NCBI GenBank assembly: GCA_965541615.1
Contig: CBEUCJ010000001.1
Coordinates: forward strand, 259,754-323,753
DNA: 64,000 nucleotides
Direction of reading: 5' to 3'
From: an uncultured bacterium
Lineage (GTDB): Bacteria; Omnitrophota; Gorgyraeia; Duberdicusellales; CBEUCJ01
Shown here: positions 30,371 through 39,752 of the stretch, one piece after another
How the letters are laid out: every line of letters starts with the position of its first letter
Position numbering within the stretch: position 1 is the stretch's first letter
Made by a program: the position numbers and the translations under genes
The notes under the pieces: model-generated
The model's database searches: none
The model's input: the letters and a program-made list of their open reading frames with translations, nothing else
Told to the model about the DNA's origin: nothing

Positions 30371-30956
30371 AAAAAATTTCCTTTTTCTTTTAAGATGGAT
30401 TACATTTCTACTTTTACTCCCCTTTTCTTATTTTTTAAGTCTAAATATACTCAACATATTGAAAAATTCAGAATTTTTCACCTTTATAAAAGGATGCATT
30501 CTTTATGTTTTCCTCTTCATATTTTTCTCTCCAATCCATTTTTTATTCAAGATAAATAAGATTATAAATGAGAGTATCTTTAAATTCTTTTCTCCTCTAA
30601 TGAAGGTTTCTCCTTTCTTATTTCCTTCTTTGCTGCTAATTATGTCAATACTTTTTAAGATACTGATCTTGTTTTTTAAAGAAATTTCAGTCTCCTGGTT
30701 TTTATTTTTGTTAGGATTTTTGTATTCTAATCACCTTTTGATCTCTGTTACAAGTTTTAAAAAAGATAAGCCTTTTATAAATATAGATTATTTATTTAAC
30801 TTTCTTTTTATCTTTATATTTTCCACTTTATTTTTGTTACTCTGTTTAAGGATATGTATTTCAGATTTTACTTTAATTTCTATAATAAATTCTAGTATCT
30901 CTTCTTATTTGAGTTTTTTAAAGATGGTATTTTTTCAGTTGTTTTCTTCTAAATAG
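30351..30956 (+). CDS. Hypothetical F/L-rich polytopic membrane protein. Coding status uncertain: the segment is T-rich.
   Basis: 201-aa ORF with no opposite-strand alternative; 20 nt overlap with serS; no recognisable motif. Confidence 0.35.
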   Translation: MNLVSFKKNFLFLLRWITFLLLLPFSYFLSLNILNILKNSEFFTFIKGCILYVFLFIFFSPIHFLFKINKIINESIFKFFSPLMKVSPFLFPSLLLIMSILFKILILFFKEISVSWFLFLLGFLYSNHLLISVTSFKKDKPFINIDYLFNFLFIFIFSTLFLLLCLRICISDFTLISIINSSISSYLSFLKMVFFQLFSSK

Positions 30957-30996
30957 ATTTGAAAGAGACAGAGGATATGCTATATTTTTATATAAT

Positions 30997-31083
30997 GGAG
31001 GGTTAGCCTAATTGGTAAGGCACGGGTCTTGAAAACCCGCGGGGCTCTAACGCCCCTTGGGGGTTCGAGTCCCCCACCCTCCG
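30997..31083 (+). tRNA. tRNA-Ser (anticodon UGA) with long variable arm
   Basis: GGAGGGT acceptor/ACCCTCC; anticodon loop CTTGAAA; extra arm CGGGGCTCTAACGCCCC. Confidence 0.85.
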
Positions 31084-31125
31084 TAATATTTTTTTATTAT
31101 TTTTACTTTACCTTCCTAAAGTAAG

Positions 31126-32253
31126 TTGAGCAAAGATTTAAAATTATATATTCAAACTTATGGTTGTCAGATGAATTTCAGAGACTCAGAAGCTTTAAAA
31201 AATTTATTTTTAAAATATGGGTTTTTAATAACTAATAATTTAGACTCAGCAGATGTTATTTTAATAAATACATGTTCAGTAAGAGCTCATGCTGAGCAGA
31301 GAGCTTTTTCTTTTTTAGGAAAGTTAAAGAGATTAAAAGAAAAAAAGCATAGAGTAATTGGAGTAATAGGGTGCGCAGCTCAGAATTATAAAGAAAGAAT
31401 ATTTAAAAGATTTCCTTTTGTGGATTTAGTAGTAGGTCCTGCAAATTTTTATAAATTACCTTCTTTAATTTTAAATTTAAAAGATAAAGTTTTAGAAGTA
31501 GATTTTGAAAAAGAAATAGATGCTTTGTATGCATTTGATTCTAATAGAGAATTTACTAATCCAGCTTATGTGACTATTTCCAGAGGGTGTTCAAATTATT
31601 GTTCTTATTGTATAGTTCCGTATGTAAGAGGAGAGTTGGTCTGTAGGGATCCTCAAAATATAATCAAAGAGATAAAGGATTTAGTAGAGAGAGGAATAAA
31701 AAATATTACTCTTTTAGGACAGAATGTTAATGATTACAGTTACCAAGGGATAGGATTTTTAGAATTATTGAAAAAGATAACCAAAATCAATGGTTTAGAA
31801 GAAGTGGGGTTTATTACCTCACATCCTAAAAACATCTCAAAAGAACTAATAATTTTTATGGCTCATAATCCTAAAGTTAGAAAACATTTACATTTGCCTT
31901 TGCAATCTGGTTCAGATAGAATCTTAAAGTTGATGGAAAGAGGGTATACTTCTAAAGAATATAGAGAGATAGTAGATTTTTATAGAAAACATATTCCAGA
32001 GGGCAAACTTACCACAGACATAATTGTAGGCTTTCCTACTGAAACTGAAAAAGATTTTGAATTAACACTAAATTTAATAAAAGAAATAAGATTTGATGCA
32101 GCTTACATCTTTAAATATTCACCAAGACCTTATGCTAAAGCAACAAGATTTTTAAAAGATGATGTGCCAATAAAAGAGAAAGAAAGAAGGCATTCTATAC
32201 TTTTAGAACTCCAAAAAAGAATATCTTTAGAGAAAAAATGCTTAAAGTTGTAA
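31126..32253 (+). CDS. miaB: MiaB-family radical SAM tRNA methylthiotransferase lacking the C-terminal TRAM domain
   Basis: YIQTYGCQMN MTTase N-domain; CSNYCSYC radical SAM; ends at 375 aa; miaA is two genes downstream. Confidence 0.7.
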   Translation: MSKDLKLYIQTYGCQMNFRDSEALKNLFLKYGFLITNNLDSADVILINTCSVRAHAEQRAFSFLGKLKRLKEKKHRVIGVIGCAAQNYKERIFKRFPFVDLVVGPANFYKLPSLILNLKDKVLEVDFEKEIDALYAFDSNREFTNPAYVTISRGCSNYCSYCIVPYVRGELVCRDPQNIIKEIKDLVERGIKNITLLGQNVNDYSYQGIGFLELLKKITKINGLEEVGFITSHPKNISKELIIFMAHNPKVRKHLHLPLQSGSDRILKLMERGYTSKEYREIVDFYRKHIPEGKLTTDIIVGFPTETEKDFELTLNLIKEIRFDAAYIFKYSPRPYAKATRFLKDDVPIKEKERRHSILLELQKRISLEKKCLKL

Positions 32254-32963
32254 TATTCATTTTAATTTTGATTTTAAAAATAAATTATTCTTTTTCTCAG
32301 GATGAGATTCTTTTAAGTTATTTAAATAAAGAGTATGCCAAATGCATAAGTTTATGTAAAGAAAAGTTAAAAGAAGCTGAAAAAGATTTCTACTATTATA
32401 TGTTAGGATTGAGTTATCTACAAACAGGATTTTTAGAAGAAGCTCAAAATGTATTCAGAAAACTTTTAAAAAAATTTCCAGAATCTATCTTTAAAGAGGA
32501 AGCTATTTTAGGGATAGGAGATGCGTATCTTTATAAGGAGGAATTTACTAAAGCCCTGAAAATTTATAAAAAATTGTTGAGATTTAAAAAAGATTATGCA
32601 CCTTTACATTTAAGAATAGCCAAAACTCTACTAAAATTAGGAGATTGGCAGAAAGCTCACGAGCATTTAGTTTATATAATATCAGAATTTCCAGATACCT
32701 ATTTTGCTAAAGTAGCAAAAGAATTAATAGAAGATGGTCTTTATTTTAAAGTACAAGTAGGCGCTTTCAAATATAAAGAAAATGCTTTGAATTTATGCAA
32801 AGAGTTGAGAAAGAAGGGGTTTAAACCTTATATCGTAAAGAAAATTACTCCTCAAGGAGTTATCTACAGAGTGAGGATAGGAAAAGAAAAAGAAAGAAAA
32901 ATAGCAGAAAAATTAAAATCTCAACTTTTAGATCTTGGTTTTCCTGCCACTATTTATCCATGA
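32238..32963 (+). CDS. Secreted TPR-repeat protein with C-terminal SPOR (peptidoglycan-binding) domain
   Basis: Signal peptide; TPR units; C-terminal YFKVQVGAFKYKENA...VYRVRIG is SPOR-like. Confidence 0.6.
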   Translation: MLKVVIFILILILKINYSFSQDEILLSYLNKEYAKCISLCKEKLKEAEKDFYYYMLGLSYLQTGFLEEAQNVFRKLLKKFPESIFKEEAILGIGDAYLYKEEFTKALKIYKKLLRFKKDYAPLHLRIAKTLLKLGDWQKAHEHLVYIISEFPDTYFAKVAKELIEDGLYFKVQVGAFKYKENALNLCKELRKKGFKPYIVKKITPQGVIYRVRIGKEKERKIAEKLKSQLLDLGFPATIYP

Positions 32964-33877
32964 AATATCAGGTAATTTTTTTAGTAGGTCCTACAGCTAT
33001 TGGAAAGACTCAAGTTAGTTTTTATTTAGCTCAAAAAATAAATGCAGAGATCATTTCTTGTGATTCTATGCAAGTCTATAAAGAGATAAATATATTGAAT
33101 GCAAAACCTCCTTTAGAGTATATTGAGAAAATTCCTCACCATTTAATAGGAATAGTCTCTGTAAGAGAAGAGTTTAATGTAGCTAAGTTCTACAAATTAG
33201 CTTGCGGAAAGATCGAGGATATATTAAAGAGAGGAAAGATTCCATTATGTGTTGGCGGTTCAGGTTTGTATATAGATATTTTGCTCCATGGAATATTTCC
33301 TTTTCCAGATAAAGATCAAAATTTAAGAAAGATGCTTTTTGAGAGAGCTTTAAGAGAAGGAAGAGAAAGTCTGCATGAAGAATTAAAAAGAGTGGATCCT
33401 CTTTCAGCTCAAAAAATTCATCCTAACGATTTAAAAAGAATAATAAGAGCATTAGAGGTTTACATTTTAACAGGGAGTCCTTTAAGTGAGATTAAATCTC
33501 AGAGAAAAGGTCTATTAAATTTTTATAAGATAAGAATGTTTGGTTTAATAACTAATAGAGAAAAAATTTACAATAGGATAGAAGAGAGAGTAGAAGAGAT
33601 GTTTGAAAAAGGAGCTATAGAAGAAGCAGAAAGAGTTTTTAAAATAGGTCCAAGTAGTACTTGTATGCAGCTAATAGGTTTAAAAGAGATAAAAGAGTAT
33701 TTAGATAAAAAGATTACTCTAGAAGAAGCCAAAATTTTAGTGAAAAAAAATACAAAAAAGTTTGCTAAAAGACAGCTTACTTGGTTTAAGAAAGAAAAAA
33801 GAATTTCTTGGATAAGAATAGATAATATGAAGCCAGAAGAGATAGCTGAAGTTATTTTCAAAAAATTAAAAAGATGA
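32960..33877 (+). CDS. miaA: tRNA dimethylallyltransferase
   Basis: FLVGPTAIGKTQVS P-loop; SCDSMQVYK. Confidence 0.85.
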   Translation: MKYQVIFLVGPTAIGKTQVSFYLAQKINAEIISCDSMQVYKEINILNAKPPLEYIEKIPHHLIGIVSVREEFNVAKFYKLACGKIEDILKRGKIPLCVGGSGLYIDILLHGIFPFPDKDQNLRKMLFERALREGRESLHEELKRVDPLSAQKIHPNDLKRIIRALEVYILTGSPLSEIKSQRKGLLNFYKIRMFGLITNREKIYNRIEERVEEMFEKGAIEEAERVFKIGPSSTCMQLIGLKEIKEYLDKKITLEEAKILVKKNTKKFAKRQLTWFKKEKRISWIRIDNMKPEEIAEVIFKKLKR

Positions 33878-35163
33878 AAAAAGGATTTCTAGAATATGAG
33901 GAAAAAAAAGAAAGAGCTTTATTAGTAACTGTAAGATTAAAGAATACGTTTTCAAAAATACCCTTAGATGAAGAAGTAAAAGAGTTTGAAGAATTAGTAA
34001 GATCGAGTGGATGTGAGGTTGTACAATCTATTGTCTGCAAAAGAGAAGCTATAGATCCAAAACTTTATATAGGCAAAGGAAAAGCTACTCAACTTGCAGA
34101 GATCTGTGAGGAGAAAGATATAGATGTGGTAATTTTTAATAATGATCTTTCTTTTTCTCAGCAGATAAATTTAGAAGAAATTATAGGAAGAAAGACCATA
34201 GATAGGACTCAATTAATTTTAGATATCTTTGCTCAACATGCAAAAACCCAAGAAGGAAAACTCCAGGTAGAACTAGCTCAATTAGAGTATCTTTTACCAA
34301 GATTGAAAGGAAAAGGAATCTTACTTTCAAGATTAGGAGGAGGTATAGGAACAAGAGGACCTGGTGAGAAAAAATTAGAGATAGATAGGAGAAGAATAGA
34401 AGATAGGATTCAAAAATTAAAATATGAGATTCAGAATGTAAGGAATAGAAGAAGGATCTTAAGGATAAAGAGAAGAAAAGAAAACATACCTTTAGTCTCT
34501 CTTGTAGGTTACACAAATGCAGGAAAGTCTACACTTTTAAACTCTCTGACAGGAGCTTCTCAAAAGACCGATAGCAGTATGTTTACGACCTTAGATCCTC
34601 TTTCAAAAAGATTGGTTTTACCTAACAATCAGAAAATAATATTGACAGATACAGTAGGATTTATCAAAGATTTACCAAAACATTTAATAGAAGCTTTTAT
34701 GGCTACTTTGGAAGAGATAGGAGAAGCTGATTTAATTTTACATGTTTTAGATATTTCAGCACCAAATGTAGAAGAAAAATACTTTTCAGTTCAATCTGTG
34801 CTTAAAAAGTTAAATTTTGATAAAAAACCTCAGATAGTATGTTTGAATAAGATAGATCTTTTGGAAGATCCTTTAAAAGTTAAGATGATTGAGAAGAAAT
34901 TTCAAGATCCAGTCTTAATTAGTGCTCTTAAAAGAATTAATTTGGATAAATTATTAAAAAAAATAGAAGAGTTTTTTGAGGAAAAGAGAGGCTTTTATAA
35001 AGTATTTATTCCTCATAAGTCTAATAATCTTTTAAATGAATTTTATGAAAAAGCAAATGTTAAGAAAGTAGAATATACTTATGAAGGGATAGTTTGTGAG
35101 TTAGAAGCAGATAAAATTTTTATGAATAAAATTCTTAAAAAAAATGAAATAAAATTGTTATAA
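33874..35163 (+). CDS. hflX: GTPase HflX
   Basis: HflX N-domain; VSLVGYTNAGKSTLLN G1; DTVGF G3; NKID G4. Confidence 0.85.
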   Translation: MKKGFLEYEEKKERALLVTVRLKNTFSKIPLDEEVKEFEELVRSSGCEVVQSIVCKREAIDPKLYIGKGKATQLAEICEEKDIDVVIFNNDLSFSQQINLEEIIGRKTIDRTQLILDIFAQHAKTQEGKLQVELAQLEYLLPRLKGKGILLSRLGGGIGTRGPGEKKLEIDRRRIEDRIQKLKYEIQNVRNRRRILRIKRRKENIPLVSLVGYTNAGKSTLLNSLTGASQKTDSSMFTTLDPLSKRLVLPNNQKIILTDTVGFIKDLPKHLIEAFMATLEEIGEADLILHVLDISAPNVEEKYFSVQSVLKKLNFDKKPQIVCLNKIDLLEDPLKVKMIEKKFQDPVLISALKRINLDKLLKKIEEFFEEKRGFYKVFIPHKSNNLLNEFYEKANVKKVEYTYEGIVCELEADKIFMNKILKKNEIKLL

Positions 35164-35190
35164 ATTTTAAAATTTTTTTTAAAAAAAATC

Positions 35191-35219
35191 TTGACAAATT
35201 TTTAAAAATATGATAATTT
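35191..35219 (+). promoter_or_regulatory. Candidate sigma70 promoter (TTGACA, 17 nt spacer, extended -10 TGnTAATTT) upstream of the MerR/HspR-like gene
   Basis: Perfect -35 hexamer read directly; AT-rich context makes the -10 assignment ambiguous. Confidence 0.4.
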
Positions 35220-35232
35220 TTTTATCGAAAAA

Positions 35233-35514
35233 ATGAAAAAATTTGTTAAAAAAATTGAAGAATTTGAAGTTAAAATTTCTCCTACTGAGTGTGTATATGA
35301 ACTCAATGTAGTCTCTAAAATGGTAGGCATAGCTCCTTGGAAGATAAGGGCTTTGGTAAAAGAAGGAATAGTAAGACCAAAGATTATAGGGAAGAAGAAA
35401 AAGTTATTTTCTTTAAAAGATATTAAAAAATTAGAATATATAAAGTACCTAATGGATGAAGAAGGAGTAAACATTAAAGGGATAAAGATTATTTTAGAGA
35501 TGAAAAAGATTTAA
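35233..35514 (+). CDS. MerR-family HTH transcriptional regulator, HspR-like by context
   Basis: YELNVVSKMVGIAPWKIRALVKEGIV MerR-type HTH; 93 aa; directly upstream of hsp20. Confidence 0.55.
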   Translation: MKKFVKKIEEFEVKISPTECVYELNVVSKMVGIAPWKIRALVKEGIVRPKIIGKKKKLFSLKDIKKLEYIKYLMDEEGVNIKGIKIILEMKKI

Positions 35515-35532
35515 TTTTTTTATAAATTATAT

Positions 35533-35559
35533 TTAGCACTCTGAGATAAAGAGTGCTAA
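35533..35559 (+). promoter_or_regulatory. CIRCE operator (HrcA binding site), perfect consensus TTAGCACTC-N9-GAGTGCTAA
   Basis: ttagcactc tgagataaa gagtgctaa read directly; 33 nt upstream of hsp20 ATG. Confidence 0.85.
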
Positions 35560-35592
35560 GCCCAAAACAAATTTTAAAAAGGAGGTGAGAGT

Positions 35593-36039
35593 ATGGCATT
35601 GATGAGATGGAGAGAACAAGATATTTTTAAAGAGTTAGCTGATCTCCAAGAAGAAATGAACAGAGTCTTTAATTCTTTATTTAAATGGCCTATGAGAAAA
35701 GAAGCAAAATGGGCTCCATTTGTAGATATTTATGAGGATAAAGACAATCTTTATGTAGAAGCTGAAATTCCAGGAGTAGATTCTAAAGATATTCAATTAT
35801 TTTTAGAAGGAGATACTCTCACTATAAAAGGCAAGAAAGAAGAAAAAAGAGAAGTAAAAGAAGAAAATTTTCATAGAATTGAACGTTTTCAAGGGGAGTT
35901 TCAAAGAAAAATAGTCTTACCTTGTGAGGTAGATCCAAACAAAATCAAAGCTTCTTATAAGAAAGGTGTATTAAAAGTAGTTTTACCTAAAAAAGAGGAG
36001 GCTAAAGGTAAAGAGATAAAGATTGAAATAGAGGAATAA
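35593..36039 (+). CDS. Small heat shock protein, Hsp20/alpha-crystallin family
   Basis: 148 aa; alpha-crystallin domain pattern (DIYEDKDNLYVEAEIPGV...GVLKVVLPK); CIRCE upstream. Confidence 0.85.
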   Translation: MALMRWREQDIFKELADLQEEMNRVFNSLFKWPMRKEAKWAPFVDIYEDKDNLYVEAEIPGVDSKDIQLFLEGDTLTIKGKKEEKREVKEENFHRIERFQGEFQRKIVLPCEVDPNKIKASYKKGVLKVVLPKKEEAKGKEIKIEIEE

Positions 36040-36059
36040 AAATTTTTGTATTATGAAAT

Positions 36060-36081
36060 GGGCTTAGCACTCTTTATCTCA
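36060..36081 (+). repeat. 22-bp exact inverted copy of the 3' arm of the upstream CIRCE (a half-CIRCE whose right arm is degenerate)
   Basis: gggcttagcactctttatctca is the reverse complement of 35542..35563. Confidence 0.6.
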
Positions 36082-36098
36082 ATAAAAGTTTTAGAAAA

Positions 36099-36779
36099 AT
36101 GATCCCTTTAAGAGATAACATTTTACACAAAAGAATGCCCATTATAAGTGTAGGTTTAATAATTCTAAATTTTATGGTCTTTATATACGAAAAAATGCAA
36201 GTAGATTATTTGAGAGAATTTTTATTTAAATGGGGTTTGGTTCCTTTAAAAATCTTAAGTTCAGATTTTACTCTTTTTGAGAAAATAATTCCTTTCATTA
36301 CTTCTATCTTTCTGCATGGTAGTTGGTTCCATTTGATAAGTAATTGTTGGTTCATATGGATATTCGCAGATAATGTAGAAGATAGATTAGGGCATTTCAA
36401 TTTTTTAATGTTTTTCATTTTATGTGGTATTGGAGCAAATATTTCACATTTAATAATGAATTTAAATTCACCTTTACCAGCTGTTGGAGCTTCTGGAGCT
36501 ATTTCTGGAGTTTTAGGAGCTTACTTTATTCTTTTCCCTTTTTCTAGGATCCTCACTCTTATTCCCTTTTTTATATTTTGGGAGATAGTAGAGATTCCTG
36601 CTTTTATATATTTAGGAATGTGGTTTTTACTTCAGTTTTTAAATGGTATAGCTTTTAGCCATCAAACTATGTTTTATGGAGGAGTAGCTTGGTGGGCTCA
36701 TATTGGAGGATTTTTAACAGGTATTTTTCTGTTGAATTTCTTCTTAAAAAGTAACAAGAAAAGGAGGCAGAGGTTATGA
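36099..36779 (+). CDS. Rhomboid-family intramembrane serine protease
   Basis: GASGAISGVLGAYF (GxSG) and downstream WAHIGGF catalytic His within TM helices. Confidence 0.8.
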   Translation: MIPLRDNILHKRMPIISVGLIILNFMVFIYEKMQVDYLREFLFKWGLVPLKILSSDFTLFEKIIPFITSIFLHGSWFHLISNCWFIWIFADNVEDRLGHFNFLMFFILCGIGANISHLIMNLNSPLPAVGASGAISGVLGAYFILFPFSRILTLIPFFIFWEIVEIPAFIYLGMWFLLQFLNGIAFSHQTMFYGGVAWWAHIGGFLTGIFLLNFFLKSNKKRRQRL

Positions 36780-39373
36780 AGTTCGATAGATTTACTTTAA
36801 AAGCTCAAAATGTAATAGAAGAAGCTGTGAATTTGTGCCAAGAAAAAAAACATACGCTTTTAGAGCCTGAACACATAGCTTTGGCATTGATTTCAGATAG
36901 AGAAGGAATAGTTAAAAGTATACTAGAAAACTTAGGAGTAAACATAGAGAGTTTAAAAGAAGTGCTTTTTAACCATATTTCTACATTTCCTCAAGTAAAA
37001 GGATTTGTTCAACCTCAGATTTCAACAGAAACTATTAAAGTTTTAAATGAAGCTGATAAGATCTCTAAAGCTTGGGGAGATGAATTTATTTCTACTGAAC
37101 ATATACTTTTAGCTCTAACAGAAAGCATCAACAAATTTTCAGAATATTTGAGAAAACAGGGGATTTCTAAACAAGATCTTGAAAATAAAATAAATTATTT
37201 CAGAAGAGGTCAAAAAATAACTTCTGAAAGTGCTGAAGAGACTTTCAGAGCTTTAGAAAAGTTTGGAAGAGATTTGACTAAGTTAGCAGAATCTGGAAAA
37301 TTAGATCCAGTTATTGGAAGAGATGAAGAGATAAGAAGAGTAATCCAAGTTTTATCCAGAAGGACTAAAAATAATCCTGTTTTAATAGGTGAACCAGGCG
37401 TAGGTAAAACTGCAATCGTAGAAGGTTTAGCTCAAAGGATAGCTAAAGGTGACGTTCCTCAAAGTTTAAAAGATAAAAGAATAATAGCTTTAGATTTAGG
37501 AGCTTTGGTAGCAGGTACAAAGTATAGAGGACAGTTCGAAGAAAGATTAAAAGCTCTCTTAAAAGAAATAGAGACTCAACAAAATATAGTTCTTTTTATA
37601 GATGAATTGCATACTTTGGTAGGTGCAGGAGCTGCAGAAGGAGCAATAGATGCAGCTAATTTATTAAAACCAGCTTTAGCAAGGGGTTTATTGAGATGTA
37701 TAGGAGCTACTACTATAGATGAGTATAGAAAACATATTGAAAAAGATGCTGCTTTAGAGAGAAGATTTCAACCAGTATTAGTAAATGAACCTACACTTGA
37801 AGAGACCATAGCAATTTTAAGAGGTTTAAAAGAAAAATATGAACTCCATCACGGAGTAAGAATAAAAGATTCAGCATTGATTTATGCAGCAGAGTTATCT
37901 CATAAATATATTACAGACAGATTTTTGCCTGATAAAGCCATAGACTTAATAGATGAAGCAGCTGCTTTATTAAGGATGGAGATAGACAGTCAGCCCACAG
38001 AGATAGATGAGATAAAGAGAAAGATTCTTCAATTAGAGATTGAAAGAGAAGCTTTAAAAAAAGAGACAGACCCTGATTCAAAAGAAAGATTTGCCAAACT
38101 CACCCAAACTATTGAAGAATTAAAAAAAGAATATGAAGATCTAAAAAAACATTGGGAGAAAGAAAAGCAGATAATAACTCAGATAAGAGATATAAAACAA
38201 AAGATTGAAGACCTAAAACTTAAAGCCCAAAAACATGAACTTCAAGGAGATTTAGAGAAAGTCGCTCAAATTAGATATGGAGAGATCCCTGAATTAGAGA
38301 AAAGATTAGAAGAGTTGAATAAAGAATTAAAAGAATTACAAACAGATAAAAAGATGTTAAAAGAGGAAGTAGATGAAGAGGACATTGCCAACATAGTCTC
38401 TAAATGGACAGGTATTCCTGTCCACAGACTTTTAGAGTCTGAAAAAGAAAAATTGCTTTTTATGGAAGATAGATTGAAACAAAGAGTAGTCGGTCAAGAT
38501 AAAGCTGTAAAATTGATTTCAGATTGTATAAGGAGAGCAAGAACAGGTTTAGCTGATCCTAACAGACCTTTAGGTAGTTTCATTTTCTTAGGCCCAACAG
38601 GTGTGGGTAAGACTGAGTTAGCTAAGACTTTGGCTTGGTTTTTGTTTAATGATGAAAATGCTTTAATAAGGATAGATATGACAGAATTTATGGAAAAACA
38701 TGCAGTCTCCAGATTAATAGGCGCACCTCCAGGATATGTAGGATATGAAGAGGGAGGACAACTAACAGAAGCTGTAAGAAGAAGACCTTATAGTGTGGTT
38801 TTGTTTGATGAGATAGAAAAAGCTCATTCAGATGTATTTAATATACTACTCCAGATATTAGATGAAGGAAGACTTACAGATTCTAAAGGAAGGCTTATCA
38901 ATTTTAAAAATACTGTGTTGATAATGACTTCTAATATAGGGAGTGAATGGTTTTTAGAATCTGACAGACTGCCTAAAGAAGCTATAGAAGAGAGAATTAA
39001 AGAGACTTTAAGAAGATATTTTCGACCTGAATTTTTAAATAGAATAGATGAGATAATTATATTTAATAGATTGACTATTTCAGACATTGAAAAGATCGTA
39101 GATATTCAGTTATCTTATATTAAAGAAAGATTAAAGAAAAAAAAGATGGATATAGAATTGACTCCTAAGGCAAAAAAGTTTTTAGCTCAAAGAGGATTTT
39201 CAGCTGAATTTGGAGCAAGACCCTTAAAAAGAGCTTTACAAAAATATCTGTTAGATAAGATGAGTAAAAAAATCTTAGAAGGCAAAATAAAAGAAGGTGA
39301 CAAAGTGTTAGTAGATGTAGATGAAGAAAAAGAAGAGTTAGTTTTTGAAAGGAGGCAAGATTATGAAGGCTGA
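36776..39373 (+). CDS. clpB: Chaperone ClpB (Hsp100 disaggregase)
   Basis: Clp_N; two AAA+ modules ([16 protein letters not shown]); long middle coiled coil; 865 aa. Confidence 0.9.
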   Translation: MKFDRFTLKAQNVIEEAVNLCQEKKHTLLEPEHIALALISDREGIVKSILENLGVNIESLKEVLFNHISTFPQVKGFVQPQISTETIKVLNEADKISKAWGDEFISTEHILLALTESINKFSEYLRKQGISKQDLENKINYFRRGQKITSESAEETFRALEKFGRDLTKLAESGKLDPVIGRDEEIRRVIQVLSRRTKNNPVLIGEPGVGKTAIVEGLAQRIAKGDVPQSLKDKRIIALDLGALVAGTKYRGQFEERLKALLKEIETQQNIVLFIDELHTLVGAGAAEGAIDAANLLKPALARGLLRCIGATTIDEYRKHIEKDAALERRFQPVLVNEPTLEETIAILRGLKEKYELHHGVRIKDSALIYAAELSHKYITDRFLPDKAIDLIDEAAALLRMEIDSQPTEIDEIKRKILQLEIEREALKKETDPDSKERFAKLTQTIEELKKEYEDLKKHWEKEKQIITQIRDIKQKIEDLKLKAQKHELQGDLEKVAQIRYGEIPELEKRLEELNKELKELQTDKKMLKEEVDEEDIANIVSKWTGIPVHRLLESEKEKLLFMEDRLKQRVVGQDKAVKLISDCIRRARTGLADPNRPLGSFIFLGPTGVGKTELAKTLAWFLFNDENALIRIDMTEFMEKHAVSRLIGAPPGYVGYEEGGQLTEAVRRRPYSVVLFDEIEKAHSDVFNILLQILDEGRLTDSKGRLINFKNTVLIMTSNIGSEWFLESDRLPKEAIEERIKETLRRYFRPEFLNRIDEIIIFNRLTISDIEKIVDIQLSYIKERLKKKKMDIELTPKAKKFLAQRGFSAEFGARPLKRALQKYLLDKMSKKILEGKIKEGDKVLVDVDEEKEELVFERRQDYEG

Positions 39374-39683
39374 TCTTTTAGTAAAGAATTTTCCAAAAAC
39401 ACAGATTTTAGAAGAGTATTTTTTAAAAGAGACAGAAAAACTCTTTAGAAGATTTAAAAATCTGAATTTAGATTCTTTAAGTTTAAGATGTGAAATAGAA
39501 AAAAATCCTCATAGAGAAGAGTATTTTTCAAAGATAAATTTACATGTGCCAAAAAGGACAATAACTTCTCAAGAAAGAGCAAAGACAGCTTTGTCTTCTT
39601 TAAAGAAAAGTTTTAAGATCTTAAAAGAACAATTAGATAAAACTTTTAAAAAAAGAAACTTTTGCAAAAAGAGAGGTTCTTGA
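39363..39683 (+). CDS. hpf: Ribosome hibernation promoting factor / RaiA (short form). Start set at ATG 39363, preceded by AAAGGAGG.
   Basis: Pattern ...EEYFLKETEKLFRRF...LRCEIEKNPH...KINLHVPKRTITSQERAKTALSSL...LKEQLDK matches the HPF/YfiA fold signature; overlaps clpB stop by 11 nt. Confidence 0.65.
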   Translation: MKADLLVKNFPKTQILEEYFLKETEKLFRRFKNLNLDSLSLRCEIEKNPHREEYFSKINLHVPKRTITSQERAKTALSSLKKSFKILKEQLDKTFKKRNFCKKRGS

Positions 39684-39708
39684 CACTTTGAAGAGCTTTA
39701 TTAAAATA
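39680..39708 (+). promoter_or_regulatory. Candidate sigma70 promoter TTGACA-N16-TAAAAT for the hrcA operon
   Basis: Hexamers read directly; CIRCE lies immediately downstream, the classical arrangement. Confidence 0.45.
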
Positions 39709-39710
39709 AA

Positions 39711-39737
39711 TTAGCACTCTTATATAAAGAGTGCTAA
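39711..39737 (+). promoter_or_regulatory. CIRCE operator, perfect TTAGCACTC-N9-GAGTGCTAA
   Basis: ttagcactc ttatataaa gagtgctaa; 15 nt upstream of hrcA ATG. Confidence 0.85.
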
Positions 39738-39752
39738 GAAAGGGGTGAGGAG

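Noticed and set aside
35164-35232. Possible HspR operator (HAIR, CTTGAGT-N7-ACTCAAG) upstream of the MerR/HspR-like gene
   Set aside because: Only A/T homopolymer tracts and a sigma70-like promoter are visible. No HAIR-like inverted repeat was found, so the HspR assignment rests on protein family and context only.
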